Source: a virus | Lineage: Duplodnaviria > Caudoviricetes | IMG/VR virus record: IMGVR_UViG_3300029305_003246 | Location: 32,001 to 96,000 of that record | Length of the DNA: 64,000 nt | Reading direction: 5' to 3' (one strand) | In this document: positions 18,917-27,833 of the stretch, piece by piece | Layout: the number at the start of each line of letters is the position of its first letter | How positions within the stretch are numbered: the stretch's first letter is position 1 | Notes under the pieces: generated by a model | Databases searched by the model: none | Seen by the model: the letters and a program-made list of their open reading frames with translations, nothing else | What the model was told of the DNA's origin: nothing | Translations under genes and position numbers: made by a program

Positions 18917-19276
18917 ATGAGAGTGAAGCTAGACCTTATGAGGTTAGATAGTTTTGAGCCCGTACAAGAAACCTTCGAAAGATTAGGTGCGAGGCATATC
19001 CACGATATCTGTATCTTAAAAAACAATAAGGAAATCGATAGGGAAGCAGTATATAGAGCTACAACTCAAATAGCAAGGCATTTGGATGTAGGTATACTAG
19101 AGTTCCTTATGCCAGAGGATGATGTGAAAGCCTTGAAGGAATGGTTAGGCATCCAAGCTATGATAGAGACTTATTACTTAGTAACTGAACTAGATTTAGA
19201 ATATCCTATAACGACTATCGACCGAGCTTTATTTGATTTATTCTATAATTTATCAGTCGAATTAGGGGAGGTGTAA
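18917..19276 (+). CDS. Hypothetical protein (paralog of 18081..18482)
   Basis: RBS GGGAGG; shared motif. Confidence 0.75.
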   Translation: MRVKLDLMRLDSFEPVQETFERLGARHIHDICILKNNKEIDREAVYRATTQIARHLDVGILEFLMPEDDVKALKEWLGIQAMIETYYLVTELDLEYPITTIDRALFDLFYNLSVELGEV

Positions 19277-19277
19277 A

Positions 19278-20201
19278 ATGAGAATATTAGAATTAAATAA
19301 CCTAAAAGTAAATGAAGTAATTAGAGGTTATGCTCTAATTACTTCTTATTCAGTTGCAAGTTATGGCAACCAAGGTAAGTCTAGAGCATTAGGCTCATTA
19401 CAAACGAAGGATAAGTCCATCGAGTGGACGGCATTCGATACTAAGGTAGTCGAATATTTTTCTAGTATGGAGATAAATAATATACTATGTATAGACGCAA
19501 AAGTGAGCGAGTATAATGGGAAGTTATCTCTAGTAATTAATAAGATAGATTTCGAGCCTACTACTTTAACTAAATATGATTTTATGAAGTCAGTTGAAGT
19601 TGGTAGCCTATGTCAAGGTTTACTATATGGAGTTCAGCAGCATCTATCTCCTAATTATCAAAGAGTATTCTCCGTTCTATTAAGGGACTATAGAAAGGAA
19701 TACACTCGTACTTATGCAGGAGCGAAGTATCACGATGCACTTATTGGTGGTCTACTTAATCACTCATATAAGATGTTTAGAATAGCTTTAATACTTCTAG
19801 ATAATGACCCACGATTAGAACCTTTTAAAGACGAGCTTTTACTCGGTACTTTAATACACGACTTTGGTAAGGTTATCGAGCTTAATATAAATAAGTACAC
19901 TAAGAACTCCTTCGTTACTCATAGAACGTTAGGCATTGAAATATTAGCTTTAAGAAGGGATGAGATAGTCCCATGTATAGGCGAAGATGCATATTACAGG
20001 TTGTTGGCCATAGTCCAAGGTCATCACGGGGAGCAGTGGGGAGATGCACCGACTACTATGATTACCCAAGTAGTACATTATATTGACCTTCTAGAAAGTC
20101 AAACTACAGGTTTCCTTGATATCATCGAGAACGAAGCATACCAAGTCCAAGATAATGGCAATAAAGTAATCAAGCATGGAGGGAATAACTTAGTAATTTA
20201 G
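19278..20201 (+). CDS. YhaM-like 3'-5' exoribonuclease (OB-fold + HD domain)
   Basis: N-terminal OB-fold; YHDA..GGLLNH, IHDFGK, GHHG, HYID. Confidence 0.8.
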   Translation: MRILELNNLKVNEVIRGYALITSYSVASYGNQGKSRALGSLQTKDKSIEWTAFDTKVVEYFSSMEINNILCIDAKVSEYNGKLSLVINKIDFEPTTLTKYDFMKSVEVGSLCQGLLYGVQQHLSPNYQRVFSVLLRDYRKEYTRTYAGAKYHDALIGGLLNHSYKMFRIALILLDNDPRLEPFKDELLLGTLIHDFGKVIELNINKYTKNSFVTHRTLGIEILALRRDEIVPCIGEDAYYRLLAIVQGHHGEQWGDAPTTMITQVVHYIDLLESQTTGFLDIIENEAYQVQDNGNKVIKHGGNNLVI

Positions 20202-20254
20202 TTCATGTATCTAAAGAAAAACGTTTTATATAATAAGTAAATAAGCTAAAGGAG

Positions 20255-20386
20255 ATGATTACAGCAGAACCGTTAAAGAGGGTTACTAAAGAAGTTGATA
20301 TAAGAGATAAATATTGGAAGATAGCCGAAGATATTTGGTGCATAATATTTTGGGCAGGTGTCATAGGATACTTCTTTTTTAAATAA
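20255..20386 (+). CDS. Small membrane peptide
   Basis: 43-aa ORF after promoter motif B with hydrophobic C-terminus; start uncertain. Confidence 0.4.
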   Translation: MITAEPLKRVTKEVDIRDKYWKIAEDIWCIIFWAGVIGYFFFK

Positions 20387-20408
20387 TTTAATATTTAGAG
20401 GTAGCTTT

Positions 20409-20985
20409 ATGAATAAAAAATTAAGAACTTTATTATTAGCAGGATTACTTACTTTAGGGATGAGTACCATAGCATTTGCAAATGAAAGCGAATTGCCAGC
20501 AGTTTCTACATCTACGATTACTCATCCAAAATTCGAAGATGGCAAAAGAGTTGTAGAACTTCAAGGTGGACTTATTATAGTTGATATGACGGAAAAAGAA
20601 AATGGCGAGTATGATATAGTAGTAAAATGGAAAGGTGAAAGCATAAAAAATCTTAGGTGTTAAATCTATTTATGAAAAAGGAACTATAGACCATACGAAC
20701 TACTTTGAAGAGTTATATCATTGTAATACATTAGGACAAGAAGGCGAGTTCGTCTTTGGCAAAGTTCTAGGTGGTGGACAAGGATTCTCAGGACCTCTTG
20801 GTAAGTTAGTTGAAGTTGAAATTACTTTTGAAAATCTTACTAAAGGTGGCAACCCAACAGACCCTAAAGAGCCAGATGAAGAAATAGACGACCCAGCTAC
20901 AGGTGACGCGACTACTATAGGGTTCTTAGTTGCAGGAGCATTAGCCACTTTAGGATTATGCACATTAAAGAAAGATGAAGAATAA
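20409..20985 (+). pseudogene. Sortase-anchored surface protein interrupted by a frameshift in an A6 run (20645-20650)
   Basis: Signal peptide at N-terminus; removing one A gives ...ESIKILGV... continuing to DPATGD, a hydrophobic TM and KK, stop at 20983-20985. Confidence 0.8.
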
Positions 20986-21050
20986 GCCAGTCTTGGAATA
21001 TAGACAACAAATATTGAAAGTCCTATAATAAGGACAACAAATAAGGTATA

Positions 21051-21084
21051 AGAGGTGAGTTCATTACTCACCTCTTTTTTCGTT
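21051..21084 (+). terminator. Terminator fused with promoter motif B
   Basis: agaggtgagt-tcatt-actcacctct, T run, cgtt. Confidence 0.75.
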
Positions 21085-21107
21085 CTTCTAAATAAAAAGG
21101 TGATTAT

Positions 21108-21782
21108 ATGAATAAGAAAGTTAGAAAATTAATCTCAAATTTATTAGTAGCAACCTTGAGTATATCTGCTTGGGAATTAGGCAAGAAGCAATATGGTTAT
21201 TTGGAAAACCGTAAGACTTATTCTACTATACAAAAGCAAAAGGATAATACAGGTGATGTTCAAGCTTATCTAAAGGAGCATAATTTCGATTGGATACAAG
21301 TTACGGGTACAGCTATCGACTATACTCTTATGGTAGCAGAAGATAATAACTATTATCTAACCCACGACTATAAAGGTGAGTCAAGCTCAGGTGGTGCTAT
21401 TTATTATGACGCCAGTGATGTCCCTTACAACGGAAGCAATACTGTCATATTTGGCCATTCTATGAGGGATGGTTCTATGTTTAATAACTTACATTACTTC
21501 CAAAAGGACCATAAGCGATTCCAAGAATCCGTTCTAACTATAAGCACGGCCGAAGGTGAAACTAAATACTACCCATTAGCATATTATGTTACTCAAGATA
21601 ATTTTTTCCATAAGGATGTTGATAATATGCCGATAGACGAAGCTCTAAAGGTAATCGAAAGGGATACTAACTATTATATAAAGGATACAAACTATTCATC
21701 CGACTCTCATATAATAGTCCTTTATACTTGTGACTATAGCATAGAAGATGGTCGATTAATAGTATTCTACATTTCTAAATAG
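21108..21782 (+). CDS. srtB: Class B sortase
   Basis: N-terminal TM; WIQV.GT.IDY, DN.YYL.HD, GAIYYD, NTVIFGH.M.DGSMF, catalytic LYTC...GR. Confidence 0.9.
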   Translation: MNKKVRKLISNLLVATLSISAWELGKKQYGYLENRKTYSTIQKQKDNTGDVQAYLKEHNFDWIQVTGTAIDYTLMVAEDNNYYLTHDYKGESSSGGAIYYDASDVPYNGSNTVIFGHSMRDGSMFNNLHYFQKDHKRFQESVLTISTAEGETKYYPLAYYVTQDNFFHKDVDNMPIDEALKVIERDTNYYIKDTNYSSDSHIIVLYTCDYSIEDGRLIVFYISK

Positions 21783-21793
21783 GAGGTACTTTT

Positions 21794-22402
21794 ATGATTA
21801 ATATCCTACTTTCGACGTATAACTTTAATAGTGAGGATTGCTTTCCTCTTTTAAAATACATTCTAGAACCAGGGATGCAAGTTTGTATTCTCCCATATTC
21901 GCATGATGAAGTTTTGTATAGTGATTATGATAAGTTCGATTGGGTCTACGATTATGATGACCCTTCTAGCGATTATCATGCTATAGCAAGAGCCTACAAA
22001 GATTATGGCATAGAAAAAATTCGTATAGTACACCCAAAAGATAATCTATCTATGATAGAGGATAAGATTAGGAAGTCCGATATATTATTCTTTACAGGGG
22101 GCAACCCAGTTCAAGCTATGGAACGAATGGAGCCCATTATTCCTATATTAAAAGACTATGACGGCATAGTGATGGGAGCCAGTGCAGGTGCTATGGTTCA
22201 AGTAAAAGAGTTTGTTATAGACGGCGAAGGATATCCTTATTCCTACTATAAGGGATTAGGATTTATCAAGTACGATATGGATGTGATTGTCCACTATAAT
22301 GCCGACCCACATCTAAAATCTATTATAAGAAGAAGCTTAGATGAACGACCTCTAACTAAAATATATGCGATAAAAGATGGTGAATGTTTAATAATTTATT
22401 AG
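21794..22402 (+). CDS. Peptidase S51 (peptidase E-like) protein
   Basis: FFTGGN, GASAGAM, VHY. Confidence 0.85.
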   Translation: MINILLSTYNFNSEDCFPLLKYILEPGMQVCILPYSHDEVLYSDYDKFDWVYDYDDPSSDYHAIARAYKDYGIEKIRIVHPKDNLSMIEDKIRKSDILFFTGGNPVQAMERMEPIIPILKDYDGIVMGASAGAMVQVKEFVIDGEGYPYSYYKGLGFIKYDMDVIVHYNADPHLKSIIRRSLDERPLTKIYAIKDGECLIIY

Positions 22403-22468
22403 TTCACTATTACATGAAGTATCGTTTTAATCAGTGTAAGATAAATAAAATACTAGGAGGTAAACTCT

Positions 22469-22795
22469 ATGAATATAAATGAGGTATTAAAAAATAAGAT
22501 GCTTAATAACTTTAAATATTATAAAGCTAAATATAATAAAACTTTCAAGAATATGCTTAACTACTCTTTAACTGACCCAAATAATATGGTCGGAGGTTTA
22601 TGTAGATATGTAGCTAGAGAAGATAAGTGGTTACTGACTACAATATTTGAAAGTTGCAATGCCGATTATTCAGGAGTACCCGAAGTTCTTATTATGCAGT
22701 ACAAAGATTATTTCCCTAACGAAATAATCAAGCTAGTTGAAGAAAGGTTAGCATTTTGGAATATAGACCCAAATAAATATATGGAGGTTAAATAG
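22469..22795 (+). CDS. Hypothetical protein
   Basis: Promoter B plus RBS. Confidence 0.7.
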   Translation: MNINEVLKNKMLNNFKYYKAKYNKTFKNMLNYSLTDPNNMVGGLCRYVAREDKWLLTTIFESCNADYSGVPEVLIMQYKDYFPNEIIKLVEERLAFWNIDPNKYMEVK

Positions 22796-22796
22796 T

Positions 22797-22982
22797 ATGA
22801 GACATCTAAGTATAGGCACTACAGTTGTTACTAAAGAAAGATTTGAAGTCAGTCCCGTTGAATACCTTAACGAGGGTCTAATAGGGGAAATTATAGATGA
22901 AACTTTCCCTTATTACTACCTTGTTAAATTTGATTTTGGAGCTTATTGGATAGATGAGATACACTTAGTGGAGGTGATATAG
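22797..22982 (+). CDS. Small SH3-like protein
   Basis: IGTTVV...GLIGEIID..YLVKFD. Confidence 0.6.
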   Translation: MRHLSIGTTVVTKERFEVSPVEYLNEGLIGEIIDETFPYYYLVKFDFGAYWIDEIHLVEVI

Positions 22983-23064
22983 TGAAGAAGTTCTTTATAG
23001 AATTAAAATGGCAAATAGCTAAATGGAGAATGAAAAGAAAAATGATGAGATAGGAGTTGATTAG

Positions 23065-23268
23065 ATGTTACCAAGTACTAAAGCTAGAATAGTGACTTCT
23101 TTGATGAGAGTAGCTAATAACGGGTATAAAAAGCATAAGTATAATAAAGAAAACGAAGTTAAGTACACGCCACCCAAACCTACTGAAAATAACGAGTCAC
23201 CTTTAGACGTGGTAATAGGATTCTTTTTCGCTATTATAGTATTATTTTTATTAGCTTTAGCAAATTAA
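23065..23268 (+). CDS. Small protein with C-terminal TM
   Basis: RBS; hydrophobic C-terminus. Confidence 0.6.
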   Translation: MLPSTKARIVTSLMRVANNGYKKHKYNKENEVKYTPPKPTENNESPLDVVIGFFFAIIVLFLLALAN

Positions 23269-23286
23269 ATATGGGAGGTAATTTTT

Positions 23287-23517
23287 ATGAAAGCAAAATT
23301 AATAAAAGAACTACACGAGATAGGGGTATATAGAGACTTAGTTACTAAAAGAAAATTAGAATGTATGAAGGTAGCAGAATTATTAAACCTAAAAGCATTC
23401 GTTGAAGAGGAAAAAGCTAGAGGAGTAGTATTCGCTAGAAAGCAAGAAGAATATATCTTTGTTAAGCCAGTTACTAAGCAAGAAAAAATAGCTAATAAAG
23501 GTAAAAAGAAAAGATAA
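23287..23517 (+). CDS. Basic protein resembling Fur-regulated basic protein FbpA family
   Basis: LIKELHEIGVYRD...KLE.M...EL pattern. Confidence 0.45.
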   Translation: MKAKLIKELHEIGVYRDLVTKRKLECMKVAELLNLKAFVEEEKARGVVFARKQEEYIFVKPVTKQEKIANKGKKKR

Positions 23518-23559
23518 TCAAGCCCTTCTCATCGAGTTGGCGATGACGAGTCTTGATTT

Positions 23560-23602
23560 TAAAACACCTCTCCTAGAGTCGACTGGGACGGGTGTTTTAT
23601 TT
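23560..23602 (+). terminator. Long hairpin terminator, preceded by a second hairpin at 23516-23558
   Basis: taaaacacc...ggtgtttta. Confidence 0.6.
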
Positions 23603-23621
23603 ATGTAAAGGAGGTAATATT

Positions 23622-24008
23622 ATGCAATACGACCCACATAATTCGTATGAATATAATGGTAACTTATTCACGAAATATTTCTTAATCGAGCTTTATGTCC
23701 TAGACCATTTAGGTCGACCATATAATCCTTGTGGAAGTGATTACACGATACTGTATGACGACTTAAAGACCTTGACGGGAGTTCTTAATAGGTTAAAAAG
23801 GCTCACACCTTTCGATAAGATGCCGATGGAGGTAATCGGATTTAAAATATTCTCTTATACTAACATCTATAATAGAGATGATTATACTAAATATGTAGAT
23901 ACTATAGAACCTTTTAACCGATACGATAATATATATGGCTCTATACTAAAAGCCCAATATGAGCATTATAAAAAAGGACAATGGAAAATTTCTGAAGAAA
24001 AATTATAA
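23622..24008 (+). CDS. Hypothetical protein
   Basis: Start moved to ATG behind AAGGAGG. Confidence 0.7.
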   Translation: MQYDPHNSYEYNGNLFTKYFLIELYVLDHLGRPYNPCGSDYTILYDDLKTLTGVLNRLKRLTPFDKMPMEVIGFKIFSYTNIYNRDDYTKYVDTIEPFNRYDNIYGSILKAQYEHYKKGQWKISEEKL

Positions 24009-24049
24009 AAATTAGTAATCATTTCAAGATATAATCGTATAATAGAAGT

Positions 24050-24200
24050 ATAAGAAGGTTAATTAAATAAGTAATCAAGTTTAGGTAGGACTTCAAGTCA
24101 AGTCCATAGATTTCCTCTAGGGTGTATGATTACTTATTACCTTCTTAAGTTGAAGGCGACCTACTTGTCTAGGTCAGAGATTACCCTAGAGGACGTAAGA
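24050..24200 (+). ncRNA. Candidate pseudoknotted small RNA with its own promoter
   Basis: Promoter A at 24015-24043 and no ORF before the next promoter; stems taagaaggt/accttctta and ataagtaatca/tgattacttat; 11-bp tcctctagggt/accctagagga crossing pair. Confidence 0.6.
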
Positions 24201-24292
24201 AAAAAAGTTCAAAAGTTGGTATCAAATTTAAGATATCAACGTATAATAAGAGTATAGAAGTTAAAAATTAAATATTTCAGGAGGTAAACCCT

Positions 24293-24685
24293 ATGAAAAC
24301 TATAGTTGAATTAAAAAATGATATGATGGAAGTATTCGAACCTATGACTAAGGAAGAAGTTGAAATGTTATGTGGTGACGACTTCGGTAAGTTATTAACT
24401 ATAGAAGCAAATACTACTTACCTTGAAAATGAAAGAGTTATAGTAGTTGCCGATGGTACTTTCTACAACTTAAATAGAAACGATTTTAATAAGTTCAGAA
24501 TAAATACTCTTGAAGGTAGATGTTTCACTTATACTGATTATAAAATGCACAATAATCTAGATGACGCTTTCGAATTCTTAGGTTCTGCAGGTGAAAATGT
24601 AGTTGTAATAACTAGAAATTTATTCCAAGATGAAGATGGCGATTTTACTGAATTAGTTTACTACACTACTACACTTGAGGGATAA
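24293..24685 (+). CDS. Acidic hypothetical protein (paralog of 25082..25480)
   Basis: Shared LENER, YNLNR.DF..FRIN..EGR and VVITRN.FQDEDGDFT. Confidence 0.8.
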   Translation: MKTIVELKNDMMEVFEPMTKEEVEMLCGDDFGKLLTIEANTTYLENERVIVVADGTFYNLNRNDFNKFRINTLEGRCFTYTDYKMHNNLDDAFEFLGSAGENVVVITRNLFQDEDGDFTELVYYTTTLEG

Positions 24686-24735
24686 ATAAATGAAATAATT
24701 AGTTCACTTTTAAGTAGCTAAAACGTATATAATAT

Positions 24736-25035
24736 TATAGGGCAGGGTGGTCGATTTAGATTCACCCGTAAGTCCCACCTAATAGATAGTACACACGAAG
24801 CCTATACCATCCTCGAGTTGATGAGGGTGGCAAGCTGAATAAGGGTGTGGCATATAAAGTGGGCAGGGAGTCGATTTAGATTTACCCGTAAGTCCCACAC
24901 ATAATTGATAGTACCTTCCACGCCTATGCATCGCACGCGGAACAGGGAGAAGGTCGATAGATTTTGGATAGTATGGGATAGCCGATTTAGGTAAGTCCCA
25001 TCATAAGGGTGGAGCCGATTTAGGTGTACCACCCG
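24736..25035 (+). ncRNA. GC-rich repeat-structured RNA candidate with recurring C-GAUUUA-G hairpin loops
   Basis: CGATTTAG at 24752, 24872, 24983, 25016 (variant CGATAG at 24955), each closing a stem; promoter at 24702-24733. Confidence 0.65.
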
Positions 25036-25081
25036 TACATATTACAAGTTAATATGAATTTATTTTAGGAGGTAAGTCCTT

Positions 25082-25480
25082 ATGAAAAATATAGTTGATT
25101 TAAGAAATGATATGTATGAAGTATTTGAACCTATAACTATGGAAGATTATTATAATCTAAATGTTAAAGACCTTGGAGCTTTAGTTACAGTTGAAACTAA
25201 TGCAGGAAAATCTTTCCTTGAAAATGAAAGATTAGTAGTTATGGTAGGTAATAAAACTTATAATCTTAATAGGGATGATTTTACTCACTTTAGAATAAAT
25301 GCTTGTGAAGGTAGATACTTTACTTATACAGGGCATAAGTTGTTCAAAACTTTATTTGATGCCGTTCAATACGGGGAAGTTCTTAGAAATGAAGTTGTTG
25401 TTATAACTAGAAATATCTTCCAAGATGAAGATGGTGATTTTACTGATGTTTGGTATTGTGCTTGTACTTTAGAAGCTTAA
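25082..25480 (+). CDS. Acidic hypothetical protein (paralog of 24293..24685)
   Basis: Colinear similarity over full length. Confidence 0.8.
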   Translation: MKNIVDLRNDMYEVFEPITMEDYYNLNVKDLGALVTVETNAGKSFLENERLVVMVGNKTYNLNRDDFTHFRINACEGRYFTYTGHKLFKTLFDAVQYGEVLRNEVVVITRNIFQDEDGDFTDVWYCACTLEA

Positions 25481-25557
25481 TCTCAAGTAAATAAAACGGG
25501 TTGAGAAACTATCAACTCGTACCTTTAATAAAATATATTATATGGAGGTAAGCCCTT

Positions 25558-25977
25558 ATGGAAAATAAAACTATATTTGAATGTTTAAAAGAAGCTTGTT
25601 CACGCTCTACTCTAAATATGTTAGATATTAACCCAAATTATTTCTTTGGTGAAGTTGTACCTTACCCAATTCCATTCGACGATGGCGATATACTTGATTA
25701 TATAAGTTCTTTAACTGATGGATTTATGGAATCTGAATATAAGATGGTTCTTTATAACGGCACAGTAACTAAGCTAGATATTGATATGCAGGATTGTATG
25801 ATTGATACTGAGGATATCGAATGTTATCCTTTAGCGATATTAGAGTCTTATGAAGAAATGGTTCGCTTATGTTATAGCCAAGGTCAAAAGGACTTCGTCT
25901 ACTTAATATCTAAAGATTACGACGCTAATGATGATACTACAACTTATAGCCTATCTAGATTATTAAAGATAAAATAG
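25558..25977 (+). CDS. Acidic hypothetical protein
   Basis: RBS GGAGG; similar size and possibly distant relative of the two preceding paralogs. Confidence 0.7.
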   Translation: MENKTIFECLKEACSRSTLNMLDINPNYFFGEVVPYPIPFDDGDILDYISSLTDGFMESEYKMVLYNGTVTKLDIDMQDCMIDTEDIECYPLAILESYEEMVRLCYSQGQKDFVYLISKDYDANDDTTTYSLSRLLKIK

Positions 25978-25997
25978 AAGCCCTTCAGGGGCTTTTT
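25978..25997 (+). terminator. Rho-independent terminator
   Basis: aagccc-ttca(g)-gggctt plus T run. Confidence 0.7.
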
Positions 25998-26077
25998 ATT
26001 TTACTCAAATTTACATAGTTCATCATTCCCACTTCTTTCGTTTAGTATACCAATAAAATAAAAAAGGAGTGAATCTT

Positions 26078-26671
26078 ATGAACCTAGATATTGAGTTTCT
26101 TTATCACGATATGATGAAATATATTACTTACTTTAAAGCTAAATACCCATCTATACCACTAGATGATTTAGAGGACGAACTAAGATGGAGCTTTTTTAAG
26201 ACGTATAGAGTATTTGATGAATCCAAAGGTGTCTTATTCAAAACTTTGTTCTTTAATATAGCTAATAATGGATGCAAATGCATTTTGAGGTATCGTTCTA
26301 ATAGGAAGGGATTACTAGATGCCAAGTCTTTAGATTATATTAATGACGAAGGTGATACGTTCTCCGAATATTATGATTATATGATAGTTACTAATAATGG
26401 TGATGAGGATAGACTCTTAAGTATTAATATATTAGAGTCTTTAGCTAAATTCACCGAGACATTACCACGAAGTCAAAAAAGAGTTATGGAGTTGTATCTA
26501 GCAGGTTATTCAAATGGAGAAATAAGCGATATGTTAAATCTACAGCATAACAACGTGAGCACGCAAAAGGCCAGTGTCTTGAAGAAGTTTGTTAAGCAGT
26601 ACAAGGATGAGTTCCCTATGCTTAGAGAACATAGAACTTCCAGAAATATAATAAATAGATTAGAAAAGTAA
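26078..26671 (+). CDS. RNA polymerase sigma-70 family factor
   Basis: DDLEDELRWSFFKTYRVFDESKGVLFKTLF (region 2); LPRSQKRVMELYLAGYSNGEISDMLN (region 4). Confidence 0.85.
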   Translation: MNLDIEFLYHDMMKYITYFKAKYPSIPLDDLEDELRWSFFKTYRVFDESKGVLFKTLFFNIANNGCKCILRYRSNRKGLLDAKSLDYINDEGDTFSEYYDYMIVTNNGDEDRLLSINILESLAKFTETLPRSQKRVMELYLAGYSNGEISDMLNLQHNNVSTQKASVLKKFVKQYKDEFPMLREHRTSRNIINRLEK

Positions 26672-26687
26672 TTAGGAGGAAAATACT

Positions 26688-26966
26688 ATGATGAAAAAAT
26701 TAGAAGCTTTAATGAAGGAAAATAAAAGGGTATACTTAGAGGTAAATGATAATCAAGTTGTCATCCACGTCAAAACTAAAGGAAGAGACTTTGGACGTAT
26801 AAAAGGTTATAAACCAGTTGAAGTTGTTACTAGCCCTATTGAAATAGATGAGCTTGTTAACATATTAAGAAATAATTACTTAGTAAACTACCTTGAAAAA
26901 GGAAGTAATATATTATTGATAAGAAATTTTAAAAATATGGTATCTTTTCAAGAAAATAACGTATAA
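26688..26966 (+). CDS. Hypothetical protein
   Basis: RBS AGGAGG. Confidence 0.65.
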   Translation: MMKKLEALMKENKRVYLEVNDNQVVIHVKTKGRDFGRIKGYKPVEVVTSPIEIDELVNILRNNYLVNYLEKGSNILLIRNFKNMVSFQENNV

Positions 26967-27016
26967 TAGAAGTATAGAAAGTTAAATAAAAAATTAAATA
27001 TATGGAGGTAAACCCT

Positions 27017-27349
27017 ATGAGATATGAAAGTATAAAAGAGTTTAACTATAGAATAATAAGTGAGGACTTTATGGAAAATCGTTACCCTATAGTAAAATAC
27101 TTTAACTTCATTAATAATAAGGACTTAGATGGCAAGTTAGTTCGTAACTCTAAGCTAGATAGAAATAGAGAGCCATGGAGAGTTTGGGTAGAAGATACTG
27201 TAGTTGGTTATCGCCATAATTTAAATTTCGATTCCAAATTCGAAATGCTTAACTTCCTAATAATGCTAACTGAAAATAATACTTTAAAAGTCCTTGGTTA
27301 CTCTACTATAAAAGAAAAAAATTGTGATAGTTATACTTTAATAGATTAG
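27017..27349 (+). CDS. Hypothetical protein
   Basis: Promoter A; RBS ggaggtaaaccctATG. Confidence 0.7.
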   Translation: MRYESIKEFNYRIISEDFMENRYPIVKYFNFINNKDLDGKLVRNSKLDRNREPWRVWVEDTVVGYRHNLNFDSKFEMLNFLIMLTENNTLKVLGYSTIKEKNCDSYTLID

Positions 27350-27575
27350 GAACTGATTTTCAGTTCCTTTTTTATTTGTATATCGTTCTATAATAAAGGA
27401 GGTTATAGTATGCGAATAGTTATGAGAGATAATTACAAGAGACAAAAGGACGTGCTTATAGCCGAAGTATACGATAAATGTATAGCTATTAACTTATGCA
27501 GGATGTTAAATGCTAATGCACGACTTAATGGTTCACATTATTACTATCAAATAGTATCTGATAAACATAAGGTAG

Positions 27576-27767
27576 GTGAATAAAATGGAAGATGAAATGA
27601 TAACTATATTAAATGATTTAGTAACTTTAGCTAATAAAAATAAATGCATCCTAATAAAACTAAATATAGATTTACATCAGGATTTAGTTCAAGCAGAGAT
27701 GTATCATTATAGAACTGGCGAAAAATTCGTTTTACATTATAATGGAGCCGAATGGAAAAATAGTTAG
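27576..27767 (+). CDS. Hypothetical protein
   Basis: ORF track. Confidence 0.55.
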   Translation: MNKMEDEMITILNDLVTLANKNKCILIKLNIDLHQDLVQAEMYHYRTGEKFVLHYNGAEWKNS

Positions 27768-27833
27768 TTCACGAATAGCGACTACTTCGTTCTATACTTC
27801 AGAAATAAAATTTAATATATGGAGGTATGCCCT

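Noticed and set aside
20409-20663. Complete 84-aa secreted protein
   Set aside because: Better explained as the 5' half of a frameshifted sortase substrate.
23516-23602. Riboswitch or ribozyme in the paired hairpins
   Set aside because: No known consensus and no dedicated promoter; a 3' stability hairpin plus terminator explains it.
24736-25035. CRISPR array or Cas13a repeat mimic (GATTTAGA..ACCC resembles the 5' end of Leptotrichia-type Cas13a repeats as I recall them)
   Set aside because: Spacing is irregular, the conserved core is only 8 nt, the CCC pairs upstream rather than with a downstream GGGG, and no cas genes are present. Kept only as a structured RNA candidate.
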